The position numbers and the translations under genes were made by a program. Source: a virus (Duplodnaviria > Caudoviricetes). From it: a DNA stretch of 64,000 nt. Within the stretch, counting starts at the first letter, position 1. Each line of letters begins with the position of its first letter. Shown piece by piece: positions 8,740-17,129 of the stretch. The notes under the pieces were generated by a model. The model was given only the letters and a program-made list of their open reading frames with translations, did not search any database and was not told the origin of the DNA. The DNA lies in the IMG/VR virus record IMGVR_UViG_3300036803_000040, positions 11,615-75,614 of that record; one strand, 5' to 3'.

Positions 8740-8963
8740 TGCCCTTCTCCCGACAGGCGCCGCACGATCGTGAGACGCGACGGATCGATACGCCGGCCGT
8801 CGAGCATGAACCCCTGGCCATACAGCCACGAGTCCACTCGGGCCCGCTCCATCTCGGTGAGCTCGTGCCGGCCGGCCTCCGCGTTGTCGAGCGCGTCAGC
8901 CAACGACGGCTCCCCGCGGCGAATGAGATCCATCACCCGCGGCTTGATCGTGTCCTCATCCAT
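8736..8963 (-). CDS. Hypothetical protein
   Basis: AAAGGAGG RBS before MDEDTIK. Confidence 0.65.
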   Translation of the reverse strand: MDEDTIKPRVMDLIRRGEPSLADALDNAEAGRHELTEMERARVDSWLYGQGFMLDGRRIDPSRLTIVRRLSGEGQ

Positions 8964-9369
8964 CCCGCGCCTCCTTTCGAGCTCGCACACGCCGGCGCTC
9001 ATCCCGCGCGACCGGCCCGTGCTTCTTACGGACACCCGGCTGCGCACGCCGGCGGGCGCGCTCCTGCCGGCCGCGGTTCATCTTCTCCCGGTTCTCCTCG
9101 CCCGGATGGCTGCGCGTGAGGCACGTCGCCAGCACGCCGCCGAGCACCGGGAACGCGATCGCGTCGCCGAGCACCACCCACTCCTCCGCGCGCTCCTCGC
9201 CCCAGATCCACGCCGGCGCCACCGGCATCAGCTCAGCGTGCAGCAGCACCCGCGAGAGATCCGCGAGCAGCGGGTCGCCGTCGAGCGTCGGCTTCACCCG
9301 CTCCTGATAGCGCTCAAGCGCGTGAGCGCCGACCTTCAGCCGGCGCGCACCGATCCGCACTGTGCTCAC
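8956..9369 (-). CDS. Hypothetical protein (HALERYQERV motif)
   Basis: Trimmed to GTG 9369. Confidence 0.65.
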   Translation of the reverse strand: MSTVRIGARRLKVGAHALERYQERVKPTLDGDPLLADLSRVLLHAELMPVAPAWIWGEERAEEWVVLGDAIAFPVLGGVLATCLTRSHPGEENREKMNRGRQERARRRAQPGVRKKHGPVARDERRRVRARKEARDG

Positions 9370-9761
9370 TCGATCACCCGCGATTCGACCAGCGGCAGCG
9401 GGGGCGCCGTGTTCTCCACGCCACCCTTCCAAGCCGTCGTCGACGGCGCGCGGAACACGCCGACCTTCGCGTCCGGCGTGCCGGCCTTGCCGGCGTACTC
9501 CTCGATCGCCGCACGCTTGCTCGAGCCGACCTTGCGCGACACCTCCACCCACGCCTCGCCGAGCACATCCTGCGGCTTCGCGGCGCGCCCGTTCGGGCCC
9601 TTGAGCTCGAGCAGCTTGATCACCTTCTCGAGCACCTCGCGGTCGACGCCGCCGCCCGGCAGCTTGATCACGAATGAGTGCTGCAGGATCACCCGCTCAG
9701 TCGGCCGGCGCTCCGCCGCCTCCTCCTCCGACACCTTCCCGTTGTTCGTCTCCGTTGCCAC
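9366..9761 (-). CDS. Hypothetical protein
   Basis: 131-aa ORF. Confidence 0.7.
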   Translation of the reverse strand: MATETNNGKVSEEEAAERRPTERVILQHSFVIKLPGGGVDREVLEKVIKLLELKGPNGRAAKPQDVLGEAWVEVSRKVGSSKRAAIEEYAGKAGTPDAKVGVFRAPSTTAWKGGVENTAPPLPLVESRVIE

Positions 9762-10026
9762 CTAGCCACCCTTCGATCGATATGCGCTCAGCGCCACAGA
9801 GATGACACCGAGCCGTCCGTTCCACCACCACGGCGCCGCAAGCCTCACAGCGCCAGCACTCCTCGCCTGCGTACTCCCACAGCCGGCCCGACCGGCGATA
9901 CAACGCCCGGCCCGGCGCCGACGCCGCATAGCCCATCTCGCGCTCCGCGTCGATCCACCGATACGGGCCCGGCGCCAACGCCACCCGAGCTCCGTCCGCT
10001 GGACCGCCAAGACACGAGCCCCTCAC
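9697..10026 (-). CDS. Zn-ribbon hypothetical protein
   Basis: CEACG...CHLCG. Confidence 0.55.
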   Translation of the reverse strand: MRGSCLGGPADGARVALAPGPYRWIDAEREMGYAASAPGRALYRRSGRLWEYAGEECWRCEACGAVVVERTARCHLCGAERISIEGWLGGNGDEQREGVGGGGGGAPAD

Positions 10027-10223
10027 TCCTCGTCGAGATCAGAGCCGAGCACGTCCACCTGCGCCAGCCGCGTGCCATGCGTCAGCACCACCAGCGCCGA
10101 CGCGCCCAGAATCGCATCCGGGAGCGCCAACGGCAGCGCGTCCGGCGTCACCAGCAGATAGACGCCCAGCCCGATCGCCACGATCAACGCCACCGCGGCG
10201 AGCACCTTCTCGAGCACGATCAC
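10023..10223 (-). CDS. Two-TM membrane protein
   Basis: Hydrophobic 66-aa ORF. Confidence 0.65.
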   Translation of the reverse strand: MIVLEKVLAAVALIVAIGLGVYLLVTPDALPLALPDAILGASALVVLTHGTRLAQVDVLGSDLDEE

Positions 10224-11242
10224 GACGACACCGCGGCGAGACTCGCCTCGAGGCTGGCCATCAGGCTCTCAGCCTCCGTGGCCGGCGCCGGCATGATGAT
10301 CTGCGCCACCTCGCCGGCCTCCGCCTTCACGCGCAGCTCCTCGCGCAACGCGATCGCGTCATCGCGCAGGTCGTCGACCACCGACGGCGGCGCGCTCATC
10401 GCCTCGATCAGCTGAGAGAACATCGCCACCTCCTGCTCGGTGACCTGTTCCTTCTGGATCCGGGTCGCACGCGCCGGCGGCTCGCGGAAATCCTCGCTCC
10501 ACACGAGCTCGAGCAGCACCAGCACCCCGCCGGCGTTACCGATCACACCGAGCGTCTGCCGCGACTTTTTCGTCAGCTTGACCACCGCCATCCGCCGCGT
10601 CGCCTTCAACGCCTCGAAGATGATCCGCAGCGCCCGCGGCGCCTTCTCATCCGCCGCGCCGACGTAGTAGGCGCCCTTCACACGGACGCGCGGCACGTGC
10701 GTGCCATCGATGAAATACAGCACCTCCATGCGCTCGAGCTTCGTCGTGTCGTCGATCACCTCGAGCTGCGTCGTGCAGTCGATAAACCGGCCGTCCTCGA
10801 GCCGGACGCCCTTGCGCACATTCTGCGGGAGCACCACCAGACCGGAGCCCTCCTCGACGAGCTCGCGGCCGTACTGACCGTCGACTTGCTGCAGCGGCGC
10901 GTGAGTCTTGTCGAACAGCGGGGAGCTCTCGGGATCCCGATCACCGAGCGCCGCGCGCACGCGCTCCTCGAACGTCTCCTCCGGGCCGGGATCCTCCGGG
11001 CCGGGATCGTCGGCAAGCGGGTCGCTGGCCACCGGCACGTCCGGGACATCCACGGCCGTCTCCTCGACCGGCACCGGCCGCGCGATCGCCCGCGCCTTCA
11101 ACACGCCGCCGTTCGGGCCGGCCGTGTCGAACTGCGCCAGCTTCGACGGTGACGCGACCGTCGAGAACAGACCGACGGGAACCTCAACAGCGCCGATCTT
11201 CAGCGTCGTGAGGCTCGAAGCCTTCTTTGTTGCACTAGCCAT
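10220..11242 (-). CDS. ku: Ku-like DNA end-binding protein
   Basis: TLKIGAVEVPVGLF, AYYV, LRIIFEALKATRRMAVVK, LLELVWSEDFR, EVAMFSQLI, LMASLEASL match the prokaryotic Ku layout; GAGGAGG RBS. Confidence 0.85.
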   Translation of the reverse strand: MASATKKASSLTTLKIGAVEVPVGLFSTVASPSKLAQFDTAGPNGGVLKARAIARPVPVEETAVDVPDVPVASDPLADDPGPEDPGPEETFEERVRAALGDRDPESSPLFDKTHAPLQQVDGQYGRELVEEGSGLVVLPQNVRKGVRLEDGRFIDCTTQLEVIDDTTKLERMEVLYFIDGTHVPRVRVKGAYYVGAADEKAPRALRIIFEALKATRRMAVVKLTKKSRQTLGVIGNAGGVLVLLELVWSEDFREPPARATRIQKEQVTEQEVAMFSQLIEAMSAPPSVVDDLRDDAIALREELRVKAEAGEVAQIIMPAPATEAESLMASLEASLAAVSS

Positions 11243-11280
11243 CTCGCCCTCCTCGTGAGCGTTCTCGGGGTAACGCGTAC

Positions 11281-11298
11281 AAAGATAACAGAGTGATC
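11281..11298 (-). promoter_or_regulatory. GATAAC-N4-TGATC site with TATCTT -10, upstream of ku
   Basis: aaagataacagagtgatc. Confidence 0.55.
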
Positions 11299-11307
11299 AG
11301 ACGGAAG

Positions 11308-11378
11308 TCGGGGCGCCCGGAATTGAACCGGGTCCACGTGCTCCCAAGGCACGCATGCGACCACTACACCACGCCCCG
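11308..11378 (-). tRNA. tRNA-Pro (anticodon TGG), CCA not encoded
   Basis: CGGGGCG/CGCCCCG acceptor stem, CGTGC-CTTGGGA-GCACG anticodon arm, CCCGG-TTCAATT-CCGGG T arm. Confidence 0.9.
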
Positions 11379-11388
11379 GCGGGGCGAG

Positions 11389-11664
11389 CTACGGTCGCAG
11401 CGCGGCGCGGACGATGCAGTCTTTGCTCTCGAGCAGCTTGCGCAGCCCAGCTGTGAGCTCGGGCCCGTCAAGCGACGATGCGGCCAGCGTGTGCGCGAGA
11501 TCCCCGAACGGCTTGCTGATCGCAGCGAGCTCGGGTGGAAGATGCGCGTGATCGAAATACTGCAGCACGTGCGCCACCGACGGGTGCGCCGCCGCGCGGA
11601 TCTCCTCATAGGTGAGCGTGCCCTGCTCAATCATGTGCGCCGGCAGCCCGGAGTCCTCAGCCAC
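11389..11664 (-). CDS. Small helical-hairpin phage protein (possible Acb2/Tad1-like fold)
   Basis: YFDHAHLP...SKPF..LA...GPELTAGLRKLLESKDCIVRAAL, a widespread phage family; fold link is inference. Confidence 0.65.
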   Translation of the reverse strand: MAEDSGLPAHMIEQGTLTYEEIRAAAHPSVAHVLQYFDHAHLPPELAAISKPFGDLAHTLAASSLDGPELTAGLRKLLESKDCIVRAALRP

Positions 11665-12046
11665 GCGCGCCGGCCTTCGGGATCGGCTTGACGTGCCCGC
11701 GCGACTGCTTGCTCGAACGGATGTTCGTCACGTCCGGGCCCGGCTGCCGGCGAGCTCTGGCCGCGGTTGGCCGCGGCGCCGGCGCCGGCGTCTCGTGCCC
11801 GTTGCGCGCCTCACGCGCCGCGTTGAGCTCGACCGCCAACGCCTCGACCTCGCTGCGGAAATACACGTCCGCTGAGCCGGCGACCGGGATGCGCGTCAGC
11901 CGCGGCACCGCGTCGCGCTTGAAATTCGGCGGCTTTATGTCCAGCAGCTTCGACGCTGCGGTGACGCCCACGAGCGTCTCGCGCTTCAGCTGCTCAGCCA
12001 GCTCGCTCGAGGAGAGGTTCGGGATCTTGGTCTTCCGTGCCGTCAT
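11657..12046 (-). CDS. HTH DNA-binding protein (excisionase/MerR-like)
   Basis: LVGVTAASKLLDIKPPNF...VYFRSEVEAL. Confidence 0.7.
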   Translation of the reverse strand: MTARKTKIPNLSSSELAEQLKRETLVGVTAASKLLDIKPPNFKRDAVPRLTRIPVAGSADVYFRSEVEALAVELNAAREARNGHETPAPAPRPTAARARRQPGPDVTNIRSSKQSRGHVKPIPKAGARG

Positions 12047-12653
12047 TTCCGGGGATGATAACAAGCTGATCGGGTGCTGTCACTGCGTCGAGCTCGCCGG
12101 GAACATCCGAGAACCGTGCCGGCAGGCCGTACACGTCGACGCGAGCGCCGGGCCCGCGCCCGAACTTGCGTGACCACCACAGCTCGCAGACGCGCCGGTC
12201 ATCCACCCACAGCAGCCCGTTGAGCGCATCCTCGAGCGCCCTGGCCAGCTTCGTCCCGTCCGGCAGATCGGACTGATGCGGCAGCCGGTCAGCGTTCGGC
12301 TTCAGCGTGTCCGCGTTGCGGCCCGTCCCGTAGCGTTTCTTCGGGCTCTCGCCGTAGAAGATGACCCGCACCGCGATCGGCCCGTCGACGAGCTCGTGCG
12401 CGACGTCGAGCGCCTGCGCGCACGCCGAGCGGATCTCCTCCCGCCATGCGGTGCCGGCCTTGCCGCTGCTGTCCACCACGTTGACGATCGGGATCCCGCT
12501 GTCTCTCGTGTACGGGATGAACCGCCGCTGGCCACCCTCAGCCGTCCACCGGCCCAGCGGGATCGCGTCCTTCGATCCGGCGCCCTTCGGGTCGCCGGCG
12601 ACCTCGAAGCTGACGAGCGGCTGCGCGTGCTCCGGTGGCCACGTCTCGCTCAC
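11994..12653 (-). CDS. rusA: RusA-like Holliday junction resolvase
   Basis: VAGDPKGAGSK...GPIAVRVIF...PDGTKLARALEDALNGLLWVDDRRV. Confidence 0.8.
   Translation of the reverse strand: MSETWPPEHAQPLVSFEVAGDPKGAGSKDAIPLGRWTAEGGQRRFIPYTRDSGIPIVNVVDSSGKAGTAWREEIRSACAQALDVAHELVDGPIAVRVIFYGESPKKRYGTGRNADTLKPNADRLPHQSDLPDGTKLARALEDALNGLLWVDDRRVCELWWSRKFGRGPGARVDVYGLPARFSDVPGELDAVTAPDQLVIIPGNDGTEDQDPEPLLERAG
12054..12071 (-). promoter_or_regulatory. GATAAC-N4-TGATC site with TATCAT -10, leaderless to the HTH gene
   Basis: gatgataacaagctgatc; -10 lies 8 nt before ATG 12046. Confidence 0.6.
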
Positions 12654-13156
12654 GCCGCCGCCTCGAGCTCGGCCAGTGCCTTGACGAGCTCGGGATCCGG
12701 CTGCGCGAACGGCATCGTCTCACGCCGGCGAGCCTCCGCGGCGATCGCCGCCTCGAGCTCGTCATCGAACAGGCCCACCCACTTCTCGGCCACGATCACC
12801 CGCCACCGGCCGCGGCTCTTCTGCCACGCCACACCCCGGAAGCGTGAGCGGGCGCCGCGATGCGAGCCGACGTTCTGCGCGTTGCCGTGCCGGTCGGTGA
12901 TTCGGAGGTTCTCCCGGCGACAGTCCAGCTTGATCCGGTTCTCGTGATCGATCTCGCGGCGATCGCCGTACTCAAGCCCCATCACCGCCCGGTGCAGCAG
13001 CACGTTACGCCGCGGCAGGCCGGGCGCCTGACGGTACGCGTAGCCCTGCGAGTGAAGCGACCACCGCAGCGAGCCGAGCTCCTCGAACACGTCATCGTCG
13101 ACGAGCGCGTAGTCGCGGACGCTTCCGTCGCGAGCTCGCAGCGGGATCTGCTTCAC
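12650..13156 (-). CDS. HNH endonuclease with AP2-like domain
   Basis: LLHRAVM...IDHENRIKLDCRRENLR; SRFRGVAWQKSRGRWRV...FDDELEAAIA. Confidence 0.85.
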   Translation of the reverse strand: MKQIPLRARDGSVRDYALVDDDVFEELGSLRWSLHSQGYAYRQAPGLPRRNVLLHRAVMGLEYGDRREIDHENRIKLDCRRENLRITDRHGNAQNVGSHRGARSRFRGVAWQKSRGRWRVIVAEKWVGLFDDELEAAIAAEARRRETMPFAQPDPELVKALAELEAAA

Positions 13157-14124
13157 GACGCCGCCTCGAGCATCGCCCGCGCCGCCTCGTCCTGCGATTC
13201 GCTTCTCGCCGGCAGGGACGGCCGGCGCCACGGCGAAGACTGATCCGCCGGCCGCGGCGCATCTTGGGAGGATTCACCGCCGCGGCCGGCACGCAGAACC
13301 GTAACGTCCAGCCCGGCGATCGCGGGAAACTCCGCCGGCACCCGCGGCGTGAACATCTCCTCGCGCAAGTAGGCATTCCACGCCACGATCGTCAGCACCG
13401 CCTTGACTCGCGCGTGCTGACTGTGACCCGCGGCGAGCTCGGAGCGCCACAGCGTCGCCAGCTGCGCCGGCGCGTCGACGCCCTCGCCTCTGGCCAGCTG
13501 GCGCATGAACGCGTCCGCCTCCGCGAGATCCACGACCGAGAACAGGTAGTGCAGGCCGGCCATCAGGCTCCGGGTGATCAGCACCGGCTGCGGCACCGAC
13601 CCGACGCGCTTAGCGCTCAGCCTGGCCGCGAGCTTGCAGCTGTCTCGCAGGCCGGGATGGCGATCGAGCGTCCGGAGGATCTGTCCGATCGTCGGTGGCG
13701 CCAGGCCGGCCGTGAACGTCCGCTGATCGCGCTCATAGATGCAGACGATCCGCGCAGCCGCGGCGAGATTGTTCTGATCGGGCTCGCCGCGGAGCTTGAG
13801 CACATCCCCGATCGAGCGCGAGCGGCCCTGATCCATCGTCTCCTGCGACCGCGGATCCAAGCCGGTGATCAGCACCGTCCGCATTGGCGTGTCCGCCTCG
13901 ATGATCGCCAGCAGCCGATGCTGCCCGTCAAGGATCTGACCGTTGAGATCGATCTTGATCGCCTCACCGTTGACCTGCCAGTCCCCATTGAGGAGATCCA
14001 CCGCGTACTGAGCGATCCTGCCTCGCACCCGCCCGCGGTTGTGTTTGTTGCGCTCGAGCAGCTTCACCGCCGCCGCCGGCGTGATCGTCGCGACCCTAGC
14101 CTGTAGCTGCGTGCCCGTCGGCAT
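13153..14124 (-). CDS. ParB/Srx-like (DGQHR) domain protein
   Basis: NGDWQVNGEAIKID...LDGQHRLLAII. Confidence 0.75.
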   Translation of the reverse strand: MPTGTQLQARVATITPAAAVKLLERNKHNRGRVRGRIAQYAVDLLNGDWQVNGEAIKIDLNGQILDGQHRLLAIIEADTPMRTVLITGLDPRSQETMDQGRSRSIGDVLKLRGEPDQNNLAAAARIVCIYERDQRTFTAGLAPPTIGQILRTLDRHPGLRDSCKLAARLSAKRVGSVPQPVLITRSLMAGLHYLFSVVDLAEADAFMRQLARGEGVDAPAQLATLWRSELAAGHSQHARVKAVLTIVAWNAYLREEMFTPRVPAEFPAIAGLDVTVLRAGRGGESSQDAPRPADQSSPWRRPSLPARSESQDEAARAMLEAAS

Positions 14125-14287
14125 AGGGCGCCCCCCGACGGCCGCTCGAGAACGACCAGCTGTAGGTCCGGCAGTCACAGCCCGGAAACGTGCACTCACC
14201 GTATTTCTTGTGCCAGCCGCGAGCGTGGCCGCAGTGACACGGCTCCTGCGTCCGGGCCTGCTTGGCGAGCTTGTCGACAGCCGCCAT
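14096..14287 (-). CDS. Small Zn-finger protein
   Basis: CHCGHARGWH...CTFPGCDC; TGATG overlap. Confidence 0.55.
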   Translation of the reverse strand: MAAVDKLAKQARTQEPCHCGHARGWHKKYGECTFPGCDCRTYSWSFSSGRRGAPYADGHAATG

Positions 14288-15174
14288 CAGAACGGGATCG
14301 TTGTCTGAGCTCGCCGGTCCGGGCCCTGCAGCAAGAACGGGACGACGAGCCCGCGCATCCGCGACGCGGCGCGATCGCCGAACACCTCCGCCCACACGTC
14401 CGGCGCGTGATTGGTCGCGATCAGCAGCGGCAGCCCCCGGTTCATCCGGTGATCGACCAGCGCGAACAGGCGATCGCGGCGCCAGTCCGTCATCCGGCCG
14501 GCGCCGAGATCATCCAGCGCGAGCACCGGCACCTCGAGCACCCGCTGCCACCGCACCTCATACGCGTCGGTGTCCATGCCGGCCTGCAGCTCATCGAACA
14601 GCTGCGAGCTCGAGCGATACAGCGCGTCGATCTTGTGGCGCTTGATCAGCACCTCGATCAGCATCGAGAGCAGATGCGTCTTGCCGCGGCCAGGCGGACC
14701 GTGCAGCGCCGGCGTCGGGATCGACGCGACGAGATCAGCCGCGTTGAAGTCGCGCAGCCATGCCCGGCACGGCTTCACGGCCTCCTGCTGCGACGTGTCC
14801 TGCGTGTCGAACCGCTCGCCGCGGAACTTGTCCGGGATCCCGCACCGCTGCAGCTGACGCTCGAGCGCCGCGGCCGGGTCGACGCGCTTGAGCGGAATCC
14901 CCGCCTCCCACCCGCACGAGTCGCAGCGAAGCAGCCACACCGGCCCGTCGCGATCGACGATGCACAGCTGGCCCTCGCAGTCGGTCGGACGCAGATACCG
15001 CGGCCGGCCGTCCGCGTCGCGCTCCCGGTCGAAATCGAAGTGCCGCATGTACGGCTCGGGCGCCGGCTCGGGCGCCGCGGGCTCGAATCCGCGCTCCTGC
15101 AGACGAGCCTTCAGCCGGGCGAACGCGTCGCCCTGCTCGTGGCCAGACACGCCCGTTTCCGCGGTAGCGCTCAT
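14287..15174 (-). CDS. DnaC/IstB-like ATPase (helicase loader)
   Basis: Walker A GPPGRGKT, Walker B VLALDDLG, IATN, RAASRM; follows the initiator gene. Confidence 0.9.
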   Translation of the reverse strand: MSATAETGVSGHEQGDAFARLKARLQERGFEPAAPEPAPEPYMRHFDFDRERDADGRPRYLRPTDCEGQLCIVDRDGPVWLLRCDSCGWEAGIPLKRVDPAAALERQLQRCGIPDKFRGERFDTQDTSQQEAVKPCRAWLRDFNAADLVASIPTPALHGPPGRGKTHLLSMLIEVLIKRHKIDALYRSSSQLFDELQAGMDTDAYEVRWQRVLEVPVLALDDLGAGRMTDWRRDRLFALVDHRMNRGLPLLIATNHAPDVWAEVFGDRAASRMRGLVVPFLLQGPDRRAQTTIPF

Positions 15175-15181
15175 GCCGCCG

Positions 15182-15199
15182 GAAGATAAGCGGGCTATC
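15182..15199 (-). promoter_or_regulatory. Degenerate GATAA-N5-CTATC site with TATCTT -10
   Basis: gaagataagcgggctatc; -10 lies 8 nt before ATG 15174. Confidence 0.45.
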
Positions 15200-15211
15200 G
15201 GACAGAACCAT

Positions 15212-16222
15212 CTAGAAGTTCTCCGCCGTCAACGCCTCGCCGCCGTTCCACGCCTCAGTCTGCGCCGGCGAGCTCGCCGCCTCACGGTCCTCCGGGAAGA
15301 TCCCCATCGATGCGTTCTCTTTCGCGACCGCCTGCTCATTCGGCGTCAGCTCATCCCACGCCCGGCCACCACTGAACGTCGCGCTCTTCAGCCGGCCACC
15401 GTTCCCGTTCAGCGACGACAGATCCACCGGCCGGCCAGCGAGCTCGTCCGCCGCATCCTGCGCCACCTGCTCAAACACCCTCGCGTTGCCGTAGATCACC
15501 TGCGGCGTCGGCCGGCGAGCTCCCCCGTTGCGCTTCTCCCACCACCGGATCCGCCACGCCGAGCGCACCAGCCGCCGATGCTTCGCCGCATCCCACGACG
15601 GACGCTCCCGGATCCGGCCGACGATCCCCGTCAGGTTCGCGCCCAGCCCAAAGTCACTGCCAGCCTGCCGGTTGTACTCGCTCAACGCCGCCGCCGCCAC
15701 CCGCATCTCAGCCTCGGTCACCACCCTGCCGGCGACCTTCGTCTTGGCCTTCAGCAGCCCCTCGACGTCGCGCAGCATCTCAGCATCGATGCCCTCCGCG
15801 TCTCCCTGATGATGATCCTTAGTCGTTGGACGGTTAAAGGACGGTTCGGGTGGCATAGCTGTGCCACCCCCCCCCGTGGCATTTGAGCCCCCCTCGGGTT
15901 GCAAAGTGCCACCCCCGCTCGGCTCGGGGGGTTGCAAATCGCCACCCCCGCTCTCAGCGACCGTGCGCCCGACCGGCAGCCGGTATTTCGTCTGCCCTTT
16001 CGGGCCGAGCCCATCCTCGACCGCCCAGCCGTCAGCGACGAGCCGGCGCAGATTCCGGCGGACAGTCGACCGGTCACAACACGCATAGACCGAGAGCGTC
16101 TCGAGGGTCGGATATGTCTCAGTGCCGTCCGGGTGAGCATGATTGGCCAGCCCCATCAGGATCACCTTCGGATTGCCGCCCAGCGGCGTCGTGAGAGCCC
16201 ACGTCAGCGCTTCGATGCTCAT
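15212..16222 (-). CDS. Phage replication initiator (N-terminal winged HTH, conserved phage C-terminal domain)
   Basis: KVILMGLANHA...YPTLETLS...DRSTVRRNLRRL; C-terminal PTPQVIYG..F; adjacent to the DnaC-like gene. Confidence 0.85.
   Translation of the reverse strand: MSIEALTWALTTPLGGNPKVILMGLANHAHPDGTETYPTLETLSVYACCDRSTVRRNLRRLVADGWAVEDGLGPKGQTKYRLPVGRTVAESGGGDLQPPEPSGGGTLQPEGGSNATGGGGTAMPPEPSFNRPTTKDHHQGDAEGIDAEMLRDVEGLLKAKTKVAGRVVTEAEMRVAAAALSEYNRQAGSDFGLGANLTGIVGRIRERPSWDAAKHRRLVRSAWRIRWWEKRNGGARRPTPQVIYGNARVFEQVAQDAADELAGRPVDLSSLNGNGGRLKSATFSGGRAWDELTPNEQAVAKENASMGIFPEDREAASSPAQTEAWNGGEALTAENF
15853..15955. repeat. Iteron-like direct repeats within the initiator gene (putative ori)
   Basis: Two copies of GGTTGCAAA..GCCACCCCCGCTC plus a partial copy; C9 run at 15867-15875. 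Confidence 0.6.
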
Positions 16223-16503
16223 CGAACGAACCCCCAATTCCGGAGATCACAGAGCATCTCGGCGGCGCGCGCCGGCGTCACGCCCACGAACTGCGCCGCG
16301 ACCTCCTGCCCGACGTCGCCCGAGCCCGCAACCAGCAGCAGCATCAGCTTGTGCGCCGGCGACACACGCGCGCCCCACGCGAGCGACATCCGATCCATCA
16401 CGAGATTGTCGATACTGCCGCCAGCGTTCATCGAAAGCGGAAACGCCGGCTTCTGTCGGTCCACCTCTGTACTGTTTCCCACGTCAGTCCTCTCATTCGT
16501 CAT
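16219..16503 (-). CDS. Hypothetical protein
   Basis: 94-aa ORF, ATGA overlap. Confidence 0.6.
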   Translation of the reverse strand: MTNERTDVGNSTEVDRQKPAFPLSMNAGGSIDNLVMDRMSLAWGARVSPAHKLMLLLVAGSGDVGQEVAAQFVGVTPARAAEMLCDLRNWGFVR

Positions 16504-16557
16504 CGGGGAATTGACCTACACGCCGCTCACACGGCGTCTCTCCTCCTCAGAGAGTCC

Positions 16558-16588
16558 AGCGGGCCCGGCTTTCCCAGCCGGGCCCGCT
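16558..16588 (-). terminator. 13-bp hairpin, probable terminator
   Basis: AGCGGGCCCGGCT-ttccc-AGCCGGGCCCGCT directly after a stop codon. Confidence 0.6.
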
Positions 16589-16599
16589 CACGTTACGCC

Positions 16600-17121
16600 C
16601 TAAGCAGCCTTGATCCCACGCTTATCGAACACGGCCGCGAGCATGTCCATCCCCTGCTCGCTGTCCGCCGGCGCGATGACCTTCGCCGCGATATGCGTCT
16701 CGACCACCACCTTCGTGACCTTCTCGTCGTCGTCGCGCGTCGGGACGATCGACGTCTTGCCGACCCGGCCGCGAGTGATGACCAGCACGTCGTCATCGAA
16801 CCCGACCAGCGCGCCGGCGCCCTTGAGCCGCTTGCCGCCGAACACGAACGCATGCTCGACCGGGATCCCGCGGGAGATCAGCGTGCCGAGCGTGACCTTG
16901 CGGCCCTGCTCCCACACGAACAGCTGCCCGTCGTCCTCCTCGCCCACCGGCTCCTGATCATCGATCGCCTGGCCACGCTTGCCGCCCATCGCGGCCGCGG
17001 CCTCCTCGTCGCTCTCCTGAGCTCGGCGAGCTCGAGCCATCGCCAGCTGATCAGCCTCGACCTGCGCAGCATCCGGCTCGCCGTCCTTCGCCTTCGGGGT
17101 AATGCCGTTCTCGTCTGCCAT
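16600..17121 (-). CDS. Hypothetical protein
   Basis: GGAGG RBS before MADENG. Confidence 0.75.
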   Translation of the reverse strand: MADENGITPKAKDGEPDAAQVEADQLAMARARRAQESDEEAAAAMGGKRGQAIDDQEPVGEEDDGQLFVWEQGRKVTLGTLISRGIPVEHAFVFGGKRLKGAGALVGFDDDVLVITRGRVGKTSIVPTRDDDEKVTKVVVETHIAAKVIAPADSEQGMDMLAAVFDKRGIKAA

Positions 17122-17129
17122 CAGTCCTC

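Noticed and set aside
11308-11378. Integration site (attL/attR) at the tRNA
   Set aside because: No integrase recognised, no duplicated tRNA 3' end, and phage-type genes continue on both sides.
14287-15174. IS21 transposon IstB
   Set aside because: No IstA transposase or terminal inverted repeats; position after the initiator indicates a helicase loader.
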